Positions 28,789-39,159 are shown, numbered from the stretch's first letter. The stretch is 64,000 nt of DNA from an uncultured Rhodobacter sp. (GCA_964600965.1 CAZRLO010000004.1:1798-65797); one strand, 5' to 3'. The notes: generated by a model from the sequence alone, not told the origin. Translations and numbers: made by a program.

Positions 28789-29922
28789 ATGACCATCCCC
28801 GAACCCAGTTTTACCATCGGCATCGAAGAAGAGTATCTGCTGATCGACCGCGAAACGCTGGAACTGGCCGAGGCACCGCCGGCATTGATGGAGGAATGCG
28901 CGGCCGAGCTGGCCGATCAGGTCAGCCCCGAGTTCCTGCAATGCCAGATCGAAGTCGGGACCAAGGTCTGCCGCAATGTCACCGAGGCGCGCGACGACCT
29001 GCGCCGCCTGCGCGCCTGCATCCACCGGATCGCCGAAAACCACGGGCTGGCCCCGATTGCGGCCTCGTGCCACCCCTTTGCCGACTGGTCCAAACAGCAT
29101 CACACCGACCGCGACCGTTACAATGCGTTGCGCCGTGATCTGGGGGGGGTGGCGCGGCGGATGCTGATCTGCGGCCAGCACGTGCATGTTGGCATCGAAA
29201 GCAACGCGGCGCGCATCGATCTGATGAACCAGTTCACCTATTTTCTGCCACACCTCTTGGCGCTTTCGACCTCGTCGCCCTACTGGAAGGGCGACGATAC
29301 CGGGTTGGCCAGCTATCGGTTGACGGTTTTCGACAATCTGCCCCGCACGGGCCTGCCGCCCCGGTTTGATAGCTGGCCGGAATACGAACGCTCCGTCCAG
29401 ATGATCGTGGACACCGGGGCCATTCAGGACGCCTCGAAAATCTGGTGGGACATTCGCCCCTCCGTGCGGTTTCCGACGCTTGAAAACCGCATCTGCGATG
29501 TTTCGCCCCGGCTGGAGGACACGCTGACAATCGCGGCGCTGACCCAGTGCCTGATGCGGATGTTGTGGCGATTGCGCACGGCCAACCAGCGCTGGCGCAT
29601 CTATGACCGGTTCCTGATCGGCGAGAACCGCTGGCGCGCGCAGCGCTACGGCATGGGCGAGGGGCTGATCGATTTCGGCGCGGGCCGGGTTCTGCCTTTT
29701 GCCGACCTGATGGACGAGGTGGTGGACCTTTTGGCCGAAGACGCCCAGGCGATGGGATGCGAGGCCGAGATCGCGCGCGTCACCGAAATCGCCGCCAACG
29801 GCAGCAGCGCCGATCGGCAGCGCCGGGTTTATGACGGCACGATCAGCGCCGGCGGCGACCGGATGGCGGCCCTTCACGCCGTGGTCGATTCGCTGAGCGA
29901 CGAGTTCGCCGAAGGTCTGTGA
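28789..29922 (+). CDS. carboxylate-amine ligase, YbdK / glutamate-cysteine ligase family 2
   Basis: [13 protein letters not shown]..., [28 protein letters not shown] and WWDIRPS..FPTLE.R.CD are GCS2-family hallmarks. Start ATG 28789. Confidence 0.88.
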   Translation: MTIPEPSFTIGIEEEYLLIDRETLELAEAPPALMEECAAELADQVSPEFLQCQIEVGTKVCRNVTEARDDLRRLRACIHRIAENHGLAPIAASCHPFADWSKQHHTDRDRYNALRRDLGGVARRMLICGQHVHVGIESNAARIDLMNQFTYFLPHLLALSTSSPYWKGDDTGLASYRLTVFDNLPRTGLPPRFDSWPEYERSVQMIVDTGAIQDASKIWWDIRPSVRFPTLENRICDVSPRLEDTLTIAALTQCLMRMLWRLRTANQRWRIYDRFLIGENRWRAQRYGMGEGLIDFGAGRVLPFADLMDEVVDLLAEDAQAMGCEAEIARVTEIAANGSSADRQRRVYDGTISAGGDRMAALHAVVDSLSDEFAEGL

Positions 29923-29930
29923 CGGCAGGT

Positions 29931-30797
29931 CTACGTCGCCTCCAGCAACCGTTTGACCGGCAGATAGAAATCGCGGTCCTGCCAATAATGGTTGTGCGAA
30001 AACAGGGTGGCCGAGACCGGGAAAACGCCGACATCGACCTCGGCATCGACCAGTTCGCCGCTGGCGGCCAGCGCCTCGTATCCGGGGCTGATCCGGGATA
30101 GCGGATAGCCCAGCACGTCGTTGCGGTCATAATAGTTCCACCACCAGGTGTCGTGCGCCTCGGCGGTGGGAATGCCGATGCCCGGCCGCCAGATCGGTTT
30201 GATATCCTCGCGCTTGTAGGCGAAGGTGAAAATCGGAATGTTGCAACCAAAGGTGACGAACCCGGCCAGCGTTTTCAAATTCAAGAAATCCGTCCCCTGC
30301 CCGCGTGGCTGCGGCGCGGTTGCGGGGGGGGTTGGCCGGTCGGGCCGGATGACGTCATAGATGTAGTTGGACATGATATGCCCGCCCAGCGAATGGGCAA
30401 TCACGACCAGACGCCCGTTTTCTCCAACCTCGTCTTGCAGATCCTGCAACGTCGCCTCGACCCGCTGGTGGATGCGTTCATAGGTGGTGTCCTTGTCATC
30501 CCCGGTCTTGCGGTAACCCGCCGCGTCGGCAAGCCGGTGCAGCACGAAATCCCGCAACCAGCCCGATGAAATCCTGCCCTTGTTTTCCCTCAGAAATCTT
30601 CCCTGTGGTTCCTGAAGGATGTCGGACCAGAAAACTTCGCGCCAGACGTAACGCTGGTCGAACTTCGCGGCCCCGATGCTTTTGCGCAGCTTGCGGTACA
30701 GCCCCTTGGAAAAGGTGGGTTTGGTTTTGTCACGGGGCGGCTCGTCGCCCTGACTGCCCATGCCATGAATGACGGCAATTGCGATTTTCTGTGGCAT
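29931..30797 (-). CDS. alpha/beta-hydrolase-fold protein of unknown function
   Basis: An N-terminal beta-strand plus oxyanion-type motif (IAIAVIHGMGSQ) and a nucleophile elbow (VIAHSLGG, GxSxG) are present. I recognise no specific family. Start ATG 30797. Confidence 0.6.
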   Translation of the reverse strand: MPQKIAIAVIHGMGSQGDEPPRDKTKPTFSKGLYRKLRKSIGAAKFDQRYVWREVFWSDILQEPQGRFLRENKGRISSGWLRDFVLHRLADAAGYRKTGDDKDTTYERIHQRVEATLQDLQDEVGENGRLVVIAHSLGGHIMSNYIYDVIRPDRPTPPATAPQPRGQGTDFLNLKTLAGFVTFGCNIPIFTFAYKREDIKPIWRPGIGIPTAEAHDTWWWNYYDRNDVLGYPLSRISPGYEALAASGELVDAEVDVGVFPVSATLFSHNHYWQDRDFYLPVKRLLEAT

Positions 30798-30983
30798 GAT
30801 CTCCCCCAAAATGATGTGCCGGTCGCCAAAGTCTGGCGTATCCTCGCATCAATTTCAACCGGAACGTGAAATGCGGCCGGGTAACATCGGCGCGCGAAGG
30901 TATCAAACCCGCCCGCCCCGCGCATCACGCCTGAAAAACTGGTGCAACAATTCGACATTAGCTAGCATGACAAACGCCACACC

Positions 30984-32147
30984 GTGCAGGGAGCCAAATT
31001 CTTGGATTTTTCGCTGACCCAGGAGCAGACCGCGATATTCGATATGGCCCGCGGGTTCGGACAGGACCATATCGCGCCCTTCGCGCGGGATTGGGAAAAG
31101 GCGGGCACGATTCCGCGCGATCTGTGGCCCGAGATCGGCGCGCTGGGGTTGGGCGGAATTTACGTGGCCGAGGAATTCGGCGGTTCCGGGCTTTCGCGGC
31201 TCGATGCGACACTGGTTTTCGAGGCGCTGGCGATGGCCTGCCCCTCGGTCGGCTCGTTTCTGTCGATCCATAACATGTGTGCCGGCATGATCGACAAGTT
31301 CGCAAGCGCGGAATTCAAGGCCGAATGGCTGCCGAAACTGTGCGCGATGGAAATCGTGGTCTCGTATTGCCTGACCGAACCGGGTTCCGGCAGCGATGCC
31401 GCGGCCCTGAAAACCCGCGCGGACCGCACCAACGAGGGGTACCGGCTGACCGGCACCAAGGCGTTCATTTCGGGCGGGGGCTATTCGGATGCCTATGTCG
31501 TGATGTGCCGCACGGGCGCGGATGGCCCCGGGGGGATTTCGACGATCATGGTGCCGGACGGCACGGCGGGGCTGTCCTTTGGCGCGCCGGAACAGAAGAT
31601 GGGGTGGCGCAGCCAGCCGACGACGCAGGTGCAGTTTGACGCGTGTCAGGTTCCCGCGGCCAATCTGATCGGTCAGGAAGGCCGGGGTTTTTCCTATGCG
31701 ATGGCCGGACTGGATGGCGGGCGGCTGAATATCTCGGCCGGCGCGTTGGGCGGGGCGCAGGCGGCGCTGGATGCGACCCTGCAATATATGGGCGAACGCC
31801 GCGCATTCGGGCGCACGATCGATCAGTTTCAGGCGTTGCAGTTCCGGCTTGCGGATATGGAAACCGAATTGCAGGCGGCGCGAATATTCCTGCGCCAGGC
31901 GGCCTGGAAGCTGGACCAGAATGCGGCCGACGCCACCCGGTTCTGCGCCATGGCAAAGCGGTTCGTCACCGACACCGCCTTCAAGGTTGCCAATGATTGC
32001 CTGCAAATGCATGGCGGCTACGGCTATCTGGCCGATTACGGGATCGAAAAGATCGTGCGCGATCTGCGTGTGCATCAGATTCTGGAAGGCACCAACGAGA
32101 TCATGCGCCTGATCACCGCGCGGGCGCTGCTGGCCGAGCGGGGCTGA
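30984..32147 (+). CDS. acyl-CoA dehydrogenase (isobutyryl-CoA dehydrogenase-like)
   Basis: Carries the ACAD N-terminus (DFSLTQEQTAIFDMARGF) and the motifs CLTEPGSGSD and QMHGGYGY. The start is ambiguous, either GTG 30984 or TTG 31002. The gene context is valine catabolism. Confidence 0.88.
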   Translation: MQGAKFLDFSLTQEQTAIFDMARGFGQDHIAPFARDWEKAGTIPRDLWPEIGALGLGGIYVAEEFGGSGLSRLDATLVFEALAMACPSVGSFLSIHNMCAGMIDKFASAEFKAEWLPKLCAMEIVVSYCLTEPGSGSDAAALKTRADRTNEGYRLTGTKAFISGGGYSDAYVVMCRTGADGPGGISTIMVPDGTAGLSFGAPEQKMGWRSQPTTQVQFDACQVPAANLIGQEGRGFSYAMAGLDGGRLNISAGALGGAQAALDATLQYMGERRAFGRTIDQFQALQFRLADMETELQAARIFLRQAAWKLDQNAADATRFCAMAKRFVTDTAFKVANDCLQMHGGYGYLADYGIEKIVRDLRVHQILEGTNEIMRLITARALLAERG

Positions 32148-33196
32148 TGGCAGATATCGACATTCGCATCAAAGGGTGCGCCGGTCGGATCACCCTGAAC
32201 CGGCCCGAGGCGCTGAATGCGCTGAGCTATGACATGTGTCTGGCGATCGAGGCGGCGCTGGAGCGGTGGCGGAACGACGACACGGTGGCGCTGGTGGTGA
32301 TCGACGCCGCAGGCGACCGCGCCTTTTGCGCGGGCGGCGACATTCAGGACATGTACGCGGCCGGCATGGCCGGCGATTACGGCTATGGCCGCCGGTTCTG
32401 GGCCGATGAATACCGCCTGAACGCAAAAATCGCGGAATATCCCAAACCCTATGTCGCCTTGATGCAGGGGTTCACCATGGGTGGCGGCGTCGGGATTTCG
32501 TGCCACGGTTCGCACCGGATCGTCGGCGACAGCAGCCGCATCGCCATGCCGGAATGCGGCATCGGGCTGGTGCCGGATGTCGGCGGATCGCTTCTGCTGG
32601 CGCGCGCGCCGGGGCATCTGGGCGAATTTCTGGGCCTGACGGCGGACCGCATGGGGCCGGGCGACGCGATCCATGCGGGATTTGCCGATCACTACCTGCC
32701 CGAGGCCGACTGGCCCTCGTTGATCGCCCGGTTGCAGCAAACCGGCGACGTCGGCCTGGTCGCGGCAGCGGTGAGGTCTGCTCCCGACAGCCCGCTCGCC
32801 GCGCAACAGGCCGCGATCGATACGCTGTTCGCCGCCGATACTTTGCGCGATATCTGGCGCGGCCTGCCGGGCGATGCCGGCGCGCTTGGCGGGTCTGCGC
32901 GCAAGGCGATTGCCCGGAACGCACCGCTTTCCATGGCGGTCACGGTGCAAATGCTCCATAACCTTCGCGCAGGGCGCCGCAATGTGCGCGCGGCGCTGGC
33001 GCAGGAATACCGCTTTACCGCCCGGTCCATGGAACTGGGCGATTTTATCGAGGGCATTCGCGCATCGATCATCGACAAGGACCGTTCCCCGCGCTGGCGG
33101 CACGGGTCGCCCGATGCGGTGCCCGATGCGGATGTCGAGGCGATGCTGGCCCCGCTGGGCGAAGACGAGTTGAAGCTTGAAGGAGAACAGCCATGA
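32147..33196 (+). CDS. enoyl-CoA hydratase/isomerase-family protein, 3-hydroxyisobutyryl-CoA hydrolase-like
   Basis: A crotonase fold (RITLNRPEALNALS, FCAGGDI, GFTMGGGVG) with the long C-terminal extension typical of HIBCH. The start overlaps the ACAD stop (TGATG). Confidence 0.85.
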   Translation: MADIDIRIKGCAGRITLNRPEALNALSYDMCLAIEAALERWRNDDTVALVVIDAAGDRAFCAGGDIQDMYAAGMAGDYGYGRRFWADEYRLNAKIAEYPKPYVALMQGFTMGGGVGISCHGSHRIVGDSSRIAMPECGIGLVPDVGGSLLLARAPGHLGEFLGLTADRMGPGDAIHAGFADHYLPEADWPSLIARLQQTGDVGLVAAAVRSAPDSPLAAQQAAIDTLFAADTLRDIWRGLPGDAGALGGSARKAIARNAPLSMAVTVQMLHNLRAGRRNVRAALAQEYRFTARSMELGDFIEGIRASIIDKDRSPRWRHGSPDAVPDADVEAMLAPLGEDELKLEGEQP

Positions 33197-34065
33197 AAAT
33201 CGGATTCATCGGACTTGGGAATATGGGGGCGCCGATGGCGGCCAATCTGGTGGCGGCGGGGCACGACGTGACCGGCTATGACACGGTGGCCCCCTGCCCC
33301 GAAGGTGTCGTGCCCGCCGACAGCGGGGCGGCGGCCGCCCGAGATCAGGCGGTCGTGATCACCATGCTGCCAAACGGTGACATCCTGCGGGCCGTCGCTA
33401 CCGAAATATTGCCGGCGATGGACCGGGGCGCGCTGTTTCTGGATTGCTCGACCGTGGACGTGGCAAGCGCGAGCGCCGTTGCAAACGACGCCCAGGCACA
33501 GGGGTTGATGGCGGCGGATGCGCCGGTCTCGGGCGGCATTGGCGGGGCACGGGCCGGTACGCTGACCTTCATGGCGGGCGGTGCGGACGCCGCGTTTGCC
33601 AAGGCGGCTCCGTTGTTTGACATCATGGGACAAAAGGCGGTGCATTGCGGACCGTCCGGCAACGGTCAGGCGGCGAAAATCTGCAACAACATGATTCTGG
33701 GCGCGACGATGATCGTGACCTGCGAGGCGTTTGCGCTGGCCGACAAGCTGGGCCTTGCGCGACAGAAGATGTTTGACGTCGTGTCCACATCGTCGGGCGC
33801 GAGCTGGACCATGAACGCCTATTGCCCGGCACCCGGCATCGGGCCGCAATCGCCCGCCGACAATGATTATCAGCCGGGTTTTGCCGCCGAACTGATGCTC
33901 AAGGACCTGCGGCTTTCCCAGCAGGCCGCGAAAACCGTCGATGCCGATACCCCGATGGGACAACACGCAACCGACCTCTACCGCGTCTTCGTGGAAGAGG
34001 AATCCGGGCTGGGCAGCGACTTTTCAGCGATGTTGCCCCGGTTTGAAAGCCGCCGGCGCGGCTAG
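33193..34065 (+). CDS. mmsB: 3-hydroxyisobutyrate dehydrogenase
   Basis: MKIGFIGLGNMGAPMAANL is the NAD-binding motif. G.GQAAKICNNM and the C-terminal LMLKDL are typical of the HIBADH family. Confidence 0.9.
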   Translation: MKIGFIGLGNMGAPMAANLVAAGHDVTGYDTVAPCPEGVVPADSGAAAARDQAVVITMLPNGDILRAVATEILPAMDRGALFLDCSTVDVASASAVANDAQAQGLMAADAPVSGGIGGARAGTLTFMAGGADAAFAKAAPLFDIMGQKAVHCGPSGNGQAAKICNNMILGATMIVTCEAFALADKLGLARQKMFDVVSTSSGASWTMNAYCPAPGIGPQSPADNDYQPGFAAELMLKDLRLSQQAAKTVDADTPMGQHATDLYRVFVEEESGLGSDFSAMLPRFESRRRG

Positions 34066-34071
34066 GACCGG

Positions 34072-34449
34072 TTAACCGGCATCTTCTTTCGTCGCGTTTT
34101 TCAGCCAGCCCAGATGGGTGTGCCCAAAGCTGTCGGGATATTTGAGGCCATAGCCCAGCAAACGGTCGAACCCGACATGGGCGATTTGCAGAAAAGCCGC
34201 CGCCAGCAACCAGCCCGGCATTTCCGGACCCAACCATGACAGGGCAACCAGACCCACGCCCAGCGCATAGACATGGGCCAGATTATAGGCCACCGCCCCA
34301 AGCCGCGTGCCCAGCAGATATCCGACCATCGCCATATCCGGCCAGAAAAACAGCAGCAGCCACCACCAACTGGGCTCGGCCAGTACGAAAAGCGCGAAAA
34401 TCGGCACCAGAAACAATGTCAGATGTTCCGCGTTCAGCCAGATTTTCAT
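34072..34449 (-). CDS. DUF4260-family membrane protein
   Basis: 125-aa hydrophobic ORF (start ATG 34449, MKIWLNAEH). The C-terminal HVGFDRLLGYGLKYP is the pattern I associate with DUF4260. Confidence 0.65.
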   Translation of the reverse strand: MKIWLNAEHLTLFLVPIFALFVLAEPSWWWLLLFFWPDMAMVGYLLGTRLGAVAYNLAHVYALGVGLVALSWLGPEMPGWLLAAAFLQIAHVGFDRLLGYGLKYPDSFGHTHLGWLKNATKEDAG

Positions 34450-34617
34450 GGTTCCCCCTGGTTTGCCGACCGATATTTTCTGCCCCCGACTACATTCGCG
34501 GCTTTGCGCCCGCAAGCCCGGCACCAGCCGGAAGATGGCGGGAGTTTGGGGGGGATTGGCGGGTTGTGGCGGCTGATATTCATCGGCAATCCGCCGTTTA
34601 TCGGGGCGGCATGTTGC

Positions 34618-34639
34618 GTGACTAAAATATTTTAGTCAC
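34618..34639. promoter_or_regulatory. AT-rich perfect palindrome GTGACTAAAATATTTTAGTCAC, site 2 (complete 22-mer)
   Basis: A perfect 22-bp inverted repeat read directly from the sequence. It lies 169 nt upstream of the DUF4260 start and 333 nt upstream of the DUF2892 start. Confidence 0.65.
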
Positions 34640-34971
34640 TTTTGGACTCCGCGATTACCACTCTGTTTATGCAGGATAAAATCGGGATTTCATGACGACG
34701 TAGATGCCGAATATTCGCCGGCGGGACAGCCCTGATCGGTGCTCACCGGCGCTGCTTCGCAACATTTTTCGCGGCCCCACATGGTCGCGGAAACGATCCG
34801 GCGAAAATTCGCCGATTACCGGGGTTCAGCGTGACGATGGCGATGAAATTGGCCGCATTTGTCGCCCGACCATCAACAATCCCTCAAATTTCCGCAATTT
34901 GGCCACAAACCGCCGCGAGGTTGACCGCACCAAGTCCGATCAACGGACACGTAACCGTGAGGGGAACAGAG

Positions 34972-35217
34972 ATGTTCAGAAATAATGTTGGCCCGAAAGA
35001 TCGGGTATATCGTGCAGTCGCCGCAATCATCCTGGTTTCGGTCTATTTTTCAGCACCGGAATTGTCGTGGAAATGGGTTGCCCTTTTCACCGGCCTTTAC
35101 CTGCTGTTCACTTCGATGATGTCTTCGTGCGCCATCTATTCCGTCACCGGTCGCAATACCAACGACGAAATGGAAGCAGAAGCCGAAGCCGAAGTCGAAA
35201 CCAAAGCCAAGGCGTGA
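34972..35217 (+). CDS. DUF2892 (YgaP-like) small membrane protein
   Basis: 81 aa. ATG 34972 is preceded by GAGGGGAACAG. The NVGPKDRVYRAVAAI...two-TM...SSCAIYSVTG layout matches DUF2892. Confidence 0.7.
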   Translation: MFRNNVGPKDRVYRAVAAIILVSVYFSAPELSWKWVALFTGLYLLFTSMMSSCAIYSVTGRNTNDEMEAEAEAEVETKAKA

Positions 35218-35224
35218 TTTTCCT

Positions 35225-35254
35225 GGCATCGCCTGATTTCGGTCAGGCGATGCC
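35225..35254. terminator. 12-bp perfect hairpin in the DUF2892 / uvrA convergent spacer (likely bidirectional terminator)
   Basis: GGCATCGCCTGA-tttcgg-TCAGGCGATGCC. There is no clean U-tract on either strand, so termination is inferred from position only. Confidence 0.5.
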
Positions 35255-35271
35255 GGAAACACATGGCGGGA

Positions 35272-38154
35272 TCATTCCGCCGCGACCGGCTTGGCCGCCA
35301 ATATTGCCTTGAGATAACGGCCGGTATGGCTGTTTTTGCTCAGCGACACATCTTCGGGTGTGCCCGTCGCCACGATCCGTCCGCCGCCATCGCCGCCCTC
35401 GGGGCCGATATCGATGATGTGGTCGGCGGTTTTGATCACGTCCAGATTATGTTCGATCACCAACACGGTGTTGCCCTGCGCCACCAGTTCGTGCAGCACC
35501 TCCATCAGTTTGCGAACATCCTCGAAATGCAGCCCCGTCGTCGGTTCATCGAGGATGTAGAGCGTGCGCCCGGTCGAGCGTTTGGAGAGTTCCTTGCTCA
35601 GCTTCACCCGCTGCGCCTCGCCGCCTGACAGCGTCGTCGCCTGCTGGCCGACCTTGATATAGCCCAGACCAACACGGCAAAGCGCCGTCATCTTTTCGCG
35701 AATGGACGGCACGGCCTTGAAGAATTGTTCGGCGTCTTCGACATTCATGTCCAGTATGTCGGCGATGCTTTTGCCCTTGAAGCGGATCTCCAGCGTCTCA
35801 CGGTTGTAACGTTTGCCCCGGCAACTTTCGCAGGTGACATAGACATCGGGCAGAAAGTGCATCTCGATCTTGATCAGCCCGTCGCCCTGACAGGCCTCGC
35901 ACCGCCCGCCCTTGACGTTGAACGAAAACCGACCGGGCTTGTAGCCGCGGGTTTTCGCCTCGGGCAGGCCCGCGAACCAATCGCGGATCGGCGTGAAAGC
36001 CCCGGTATAGGTGGCAGGATTTGATCGCGGGGTGCGGCCGATGGGGCGCTGGTCGATGTCGATCACCTTGTCGAGGTATTCCAGACCGGTGACGGAATCG
36101 CACGGTGCCGGGGTCTGCCGCGCCCCGTTCAGGCGCAGACTTGCGGTCTTGAACAGGGTTTCCACCGTCAGCGTGGATTTGCCACCGCCCGAAACGCCGG
36201 TGATGCAGGTAAAGGTGCCCAGTGGAAATTCAGCGGTCATGTTCTTGAGGTTGTTGCCCGTGGCGCCCCGCACCGTCAGAACCTTGCCATTGCCCTTGCG
36301 CCGCTCGCCCGGGATCGGGACCGCGCGGCGTCCGGTCAGGTATTGCCCGGTGATCGAGTCCCGGCTGGCGGCGATGTCGTCCGGCGTTCCGCAGGCAATG
36401 ATCCGCCCGCCATGCACGCCCGCACCGGGGCCGATATCCAGCACATGATCGGCGCAGCGGATCGCCTCTTCGTCGTGTTCGACCACGATCACGGTGTTGC
36501 CCTGATCGCGTAGGTTCTTCAATGTTTCCAACAACCTGCCATTGTCGCGCTGATGCAGCCCGATCGACGGTTCGTCCAGCACATAAAGCACGCCGGTCAG
36601 ACCCGAACCGATCTGGCTGGCCAGCCGTATCCGCTGGCTTTCGCCACCGCTCAGCGTGCCGGAATTGCGGCCCAGCGTCAGATAGTCCAGCCCGACATTG
36701 ACCAGGAATCCAAGGCGCTCCCGGATTTCCTTGAGGATCGCCTGGGCGATTTCGTTTTTCTGGGCCGACAGGCTGGCGGGTACGGAATCCACCCAGTCCA
36801 GCGCCTCGCGGATCGACATTTGCACCACCTGCCCCGCATGCAGCAAGTTTGCGCCGCCATCCCCGGCGGGGCCGATCCTGACCGCCAGCGCCTCGGCTCG
36901 CAGGCGGAAGCCGCCGCAGGCGCCACATTCGCGGTTGTTCTGGTAACGCTCGAATTCTTCGCGGATCCAGTTGCTGTCGGTCTCGCGATACCGGCGTTCC
37001 ATGTTGGGGATGACGCCCTCGAACGCGCGGGTCACCTCGTATACGCGCCCACCTTCGTCGTAACGAAAGCGGATTTCCTCGTCCCCGGAACCATAAAGCA
37101 TGACCTGCTGTGCAAAATCGGGCAAATCGCGCCAAGCCGCATCGCGTTCAAATCCGTAATGGCGCGCCAGCGCCTCGATGGTTTGCAGGAAGTAGGGCGA
37201 TTTCCCCTTGCGCCACGGGGCCAGCGCCCCGTCATAAAGCGCGATCGTCGGGTCGGGCACGACAAGGCGTTCGTCGAAAAACAGCTCCACCCCCAGCCCG
37301 TCGCAATCCGGGCAGGCGCCAAAGGGCGCGTTGAACGAAAAAAGCCGCGGTTCGATCTCCGGAATGGTGAAGCCGCTGACCGGGCAGGCGAATTTTTCGG
37401 AAAACGTGATCCGCTCGGGCGTGCCGTCGCCGGGCATCGTTTCCAGAATGGCGATACCGTCGGCCAGATTGAGCGCGGTGCGCAGACTGTCCGCCAACCG
37501 GGTCTCCAGCCCGTCGCGAACCGCGATCCGATCCACGACCACGTCGATGTCATGGCGCAGCTTCCGGTCGAGTTTGGGCGCGTCCTCCAGCTCGTAAAAG
37601 GCGCCGTCCACCTTGACGCGCTGGAAACCCTGTTTCTGCAAGTCCATGAATTCCTTGCGGTATTCCCCCTTGCGATCCCGAACGATCGGGGCAAGCAGAT
37701 AGGCGCGCGTGTCGGTCGGCATCGCCATGATCCGATCGACCATTTCGCTGACCTGCTGGGCCTGGATCGGCAGGCCGGTCGCAGGGCTGTAAGGGGTGCC
37801 GGCACGGGCGAACAGCAGCCGCAGATAGTCGTAAATCTCGGTCACGGTGCCGACGGTGGACCGGGGGTTCTTGCTGGTGGTCCGCTGTTCGATGGAAATC
37901 GCCGGCGAAAGGCCGCTGATATGATCGAGGTCGGGCTTTTGCATCATGTCAAGGAATTGCCGCGCATACGCGCTGAGACTTTCGACATAGCGCCGCTGGC
38001 CTTCGGCATAGATGGTGTCAAATGCCAGACTGGACTTGCCGGAGCCCGAAAGCCCGGTGATGACGACCAGACGATCCCGCGGAATATCGACGTCGATCGA
38101 TTTCAGGTTATGCTCGCGCGCGCCCCGGATTTCGATCTGTTTCAGTTCGGTCAT
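35272..38154 (-). CDS. uvrA: excinuclease ABC subunit A
   Basis: 960 aa. It begins [55 protein letters not shown] and has two ABC ATPase modules and zinc-finger cysteines. Confidence 0.97.
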   Translation of the reverse strand: MTELKQIEIRGAREHNLKSIDVDIPRDRLVVITGLSGSGKSSLAFDTIYAEGQRRYVESLSAYARQFLDMMQKPDLDHISGLSPAISIEQRTTSKNPRSTVGTVTEIYDYLRLLFARAGTPYSPATGLPIQAQQVSEMVDRIMAMPTDTRAYLLAPIVRDRKGEYRKEFMDLQKQGFQRVKVDGAFYELEDAPKLDRKLRHDIDVVVDRIAVRDGLETRLADSLRTALNLADGIAILETMPGDGTPERITFSEKFACPVSGFTIPEIEPRLFSFNAPFGACPDCDGLGVELFFDERLVVPDPTIALYDGALAPWRKGKSPYFLQTIEALARHYGFERDAAWRDLPDFAQQVMLYGSGDEEIRFRYDEGGRVYEVTRAFEGVIPNMERRYRETDSNWIREEFERYQNNRECGACGGFRLRAEALAVRIGPAGDGGANLLHAGQVVQMSIREALDWVDSVPASLSAQKNEIAQAILKEIRERLGFLVNVGLDYLTLGRNSGTLSGGESQRIRLASQIGSGLTGVLYVLDEPSIGLHQRDNGRLLETLKNLRDQGNTVIVVEHDEEAIRCADHVLDIGPGAGVHGGRIIACGTPDDIAASRDSITGQYLTGRRAVPIPGERRKGNGKVLTVRGATGNNLKNMTAEFPLGTFTCITGVSGGGKSTLTVETLFKTASLRLNGARQTPAPCDSVTGLEYLDKVIDIDQRPIGRTPRSNPATYTGAFTPIRDWFAGLPEAKTRGYKPGRFSFNVKGGRCEACQGDGLIKIEMHFLPDVYVTCESCRGKRYNRETLEIRFKGKSIADILDMNVEDAEQFFKAVPSIREKMTALCRVGLGYIKVGQQATTLSGGEAQRVKLSKELSKRSTGRTLYILDEPTTGLHFEDVRKLMEVLHELVAQGNTVLVIEHNLDVIKTADHIIDIGPEGGDGGGRIVATGTPEDVSLSKNSHTGRYLKAILAAKPVAAE

Positions 38155-38208
38155 TCCGGCCGTTTCCCTGATTGTACTTCACCGCCGGTTACCGGCGGGT
38201 TAACGATG

Positions 38209-38223
38209 GAACAAAACGTGATC
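38209..38223 (-). promoter_or_regulatory. imperfect alpha-type LexA box upstream of uvrA
   Basis: The plus strand reads GAAC-aaaacgt-GATC. One mismatch to GAAC-N7-GAAC. It lies 55-69 nt upstream of the uvrA ATG. Confidence 0.3.
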
Positions 38224-38460
38224 ATTCACAAGTCCTAACCGGATAGGTGATCGGGGAATTGCTGTTTATCAAGGGAGCCGATCGAATTCAGCCCCAATAT
38301 TGGGTACGGCACCAGAATTCTTGCACGGCGAGGGTCGAGACGGTGGCACGAATTCCACGCCGGATGCGGCACGCGCGGGTCGTGAAATTCGTGGTGGTTA
38401 ATGGTTTAAGAAATTGATGTATCCTGATGATCGTCATCAATAAAAATGGCCGCCGTTAGA

Positions 38461-38479
38461 GTGACTAAAATATTTTAGT
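38461..38479. promoter_or_regulatory. AT-rich palindromic motif GTGACTAAAATATTTTAGT, site 3
   Basis: 19 nt identical to site 2. It lies 307 nt upstream of the uvrA start and 92 nt downstream of the SLT-gene stop. Confidence 0.6.
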
Positions 38480-38570
38480 GGATTTGTCGGACCCCCGAAT
38501 TTCGTCCGCGAAAAACATTCGTGCGAAACCCGCCGAAACCATCGTTGAAAATCGTCGGAACCCCCGGGCG

Positions 38571-39113
38571 TTATCGCCCGAAAATCGTCAGAACATAGGC
38601 CTGGGTCTCGGCAAAGGGTGGGACATCGTCATATTTTTCCACCGCTTCCGGCCCGGCGTTATACGCGGCGACGGCCAGTTTCCAGCTTCGGAAACGCAGG
38701 AACTGCTTTTTGAGGTAAAGCGCGCCGCCCTCCAGATTGGCCTTGGGATCGGTCGGGTCGACCCCCAGCCGTGCGGCGGTTTCGGGCATCAGTTGCGCCA
38801 GACCGATGGCCCCCTTGTGCGACACCGCCCGTGGGTTCCAGTTGCTTTCCGCCTGTACCAGCCGCACGAACAGATCACGCGGCACGCCGAACTTGGCGGC
38901 GGCCTTTTCAGCCATGGGCAGGTAGACTCCGCGATAGGCGCCGGCATAGCGCGGGATGTGCCCGTTTTTGGGCAGCAACCGCTTTGAGCCCTCGTACTGC
39001 TTGGCAAGGCGCCCGTCCAACAGCTTTAGCTGCGCCTTTGACAGCCCCGAATGCGCCGGCTGCGCCAGGCTCACGGCCAACCCGGCCAAAACTGGTATTG
39101 TCGAAAATCGCAT
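38571..39113 (-). CDS. lytic transglycosylase (SLT-domain) protein, secreted
   Basis: A signal peptide ([22 protein letters not shown]) is followed by SLT motifs: [25 protein letters not shown] and AYNAGP. Start ATG 39113. Confidence 0.8.
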   Translation of the reverse strand: MRFSTIPVLAGLAVSLAQPAHSGLSKAQLKLLDGRLAKQYEGSKRLLPKNGHIPRYAGAYRGVYLPMAEKAAAKFGVPRDLFVRLVQAESNWNPRAVSHKGAIGLAQLMPETAARLGVDPTDPKANLEGGALYLKKQFLRFRSWKLAVAAYNAGPEAVEKYDDVPPFAETQAYVLTIFGR

Positions 39114-39150
39114 CCCACCACCAAAAAGCTCGGCACCGATCATACCAGAC

Positions 39151-39159
39151 TTATCCACA
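39151..39159 (+). promoter_or_regulatory. single consensus DnaA box TTATCCACA
   Basis: A perfect 9-mer read directly from the SLT/ssb divergent region. It is an isolated site, so its function is not implied. Confidence 0.25.
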
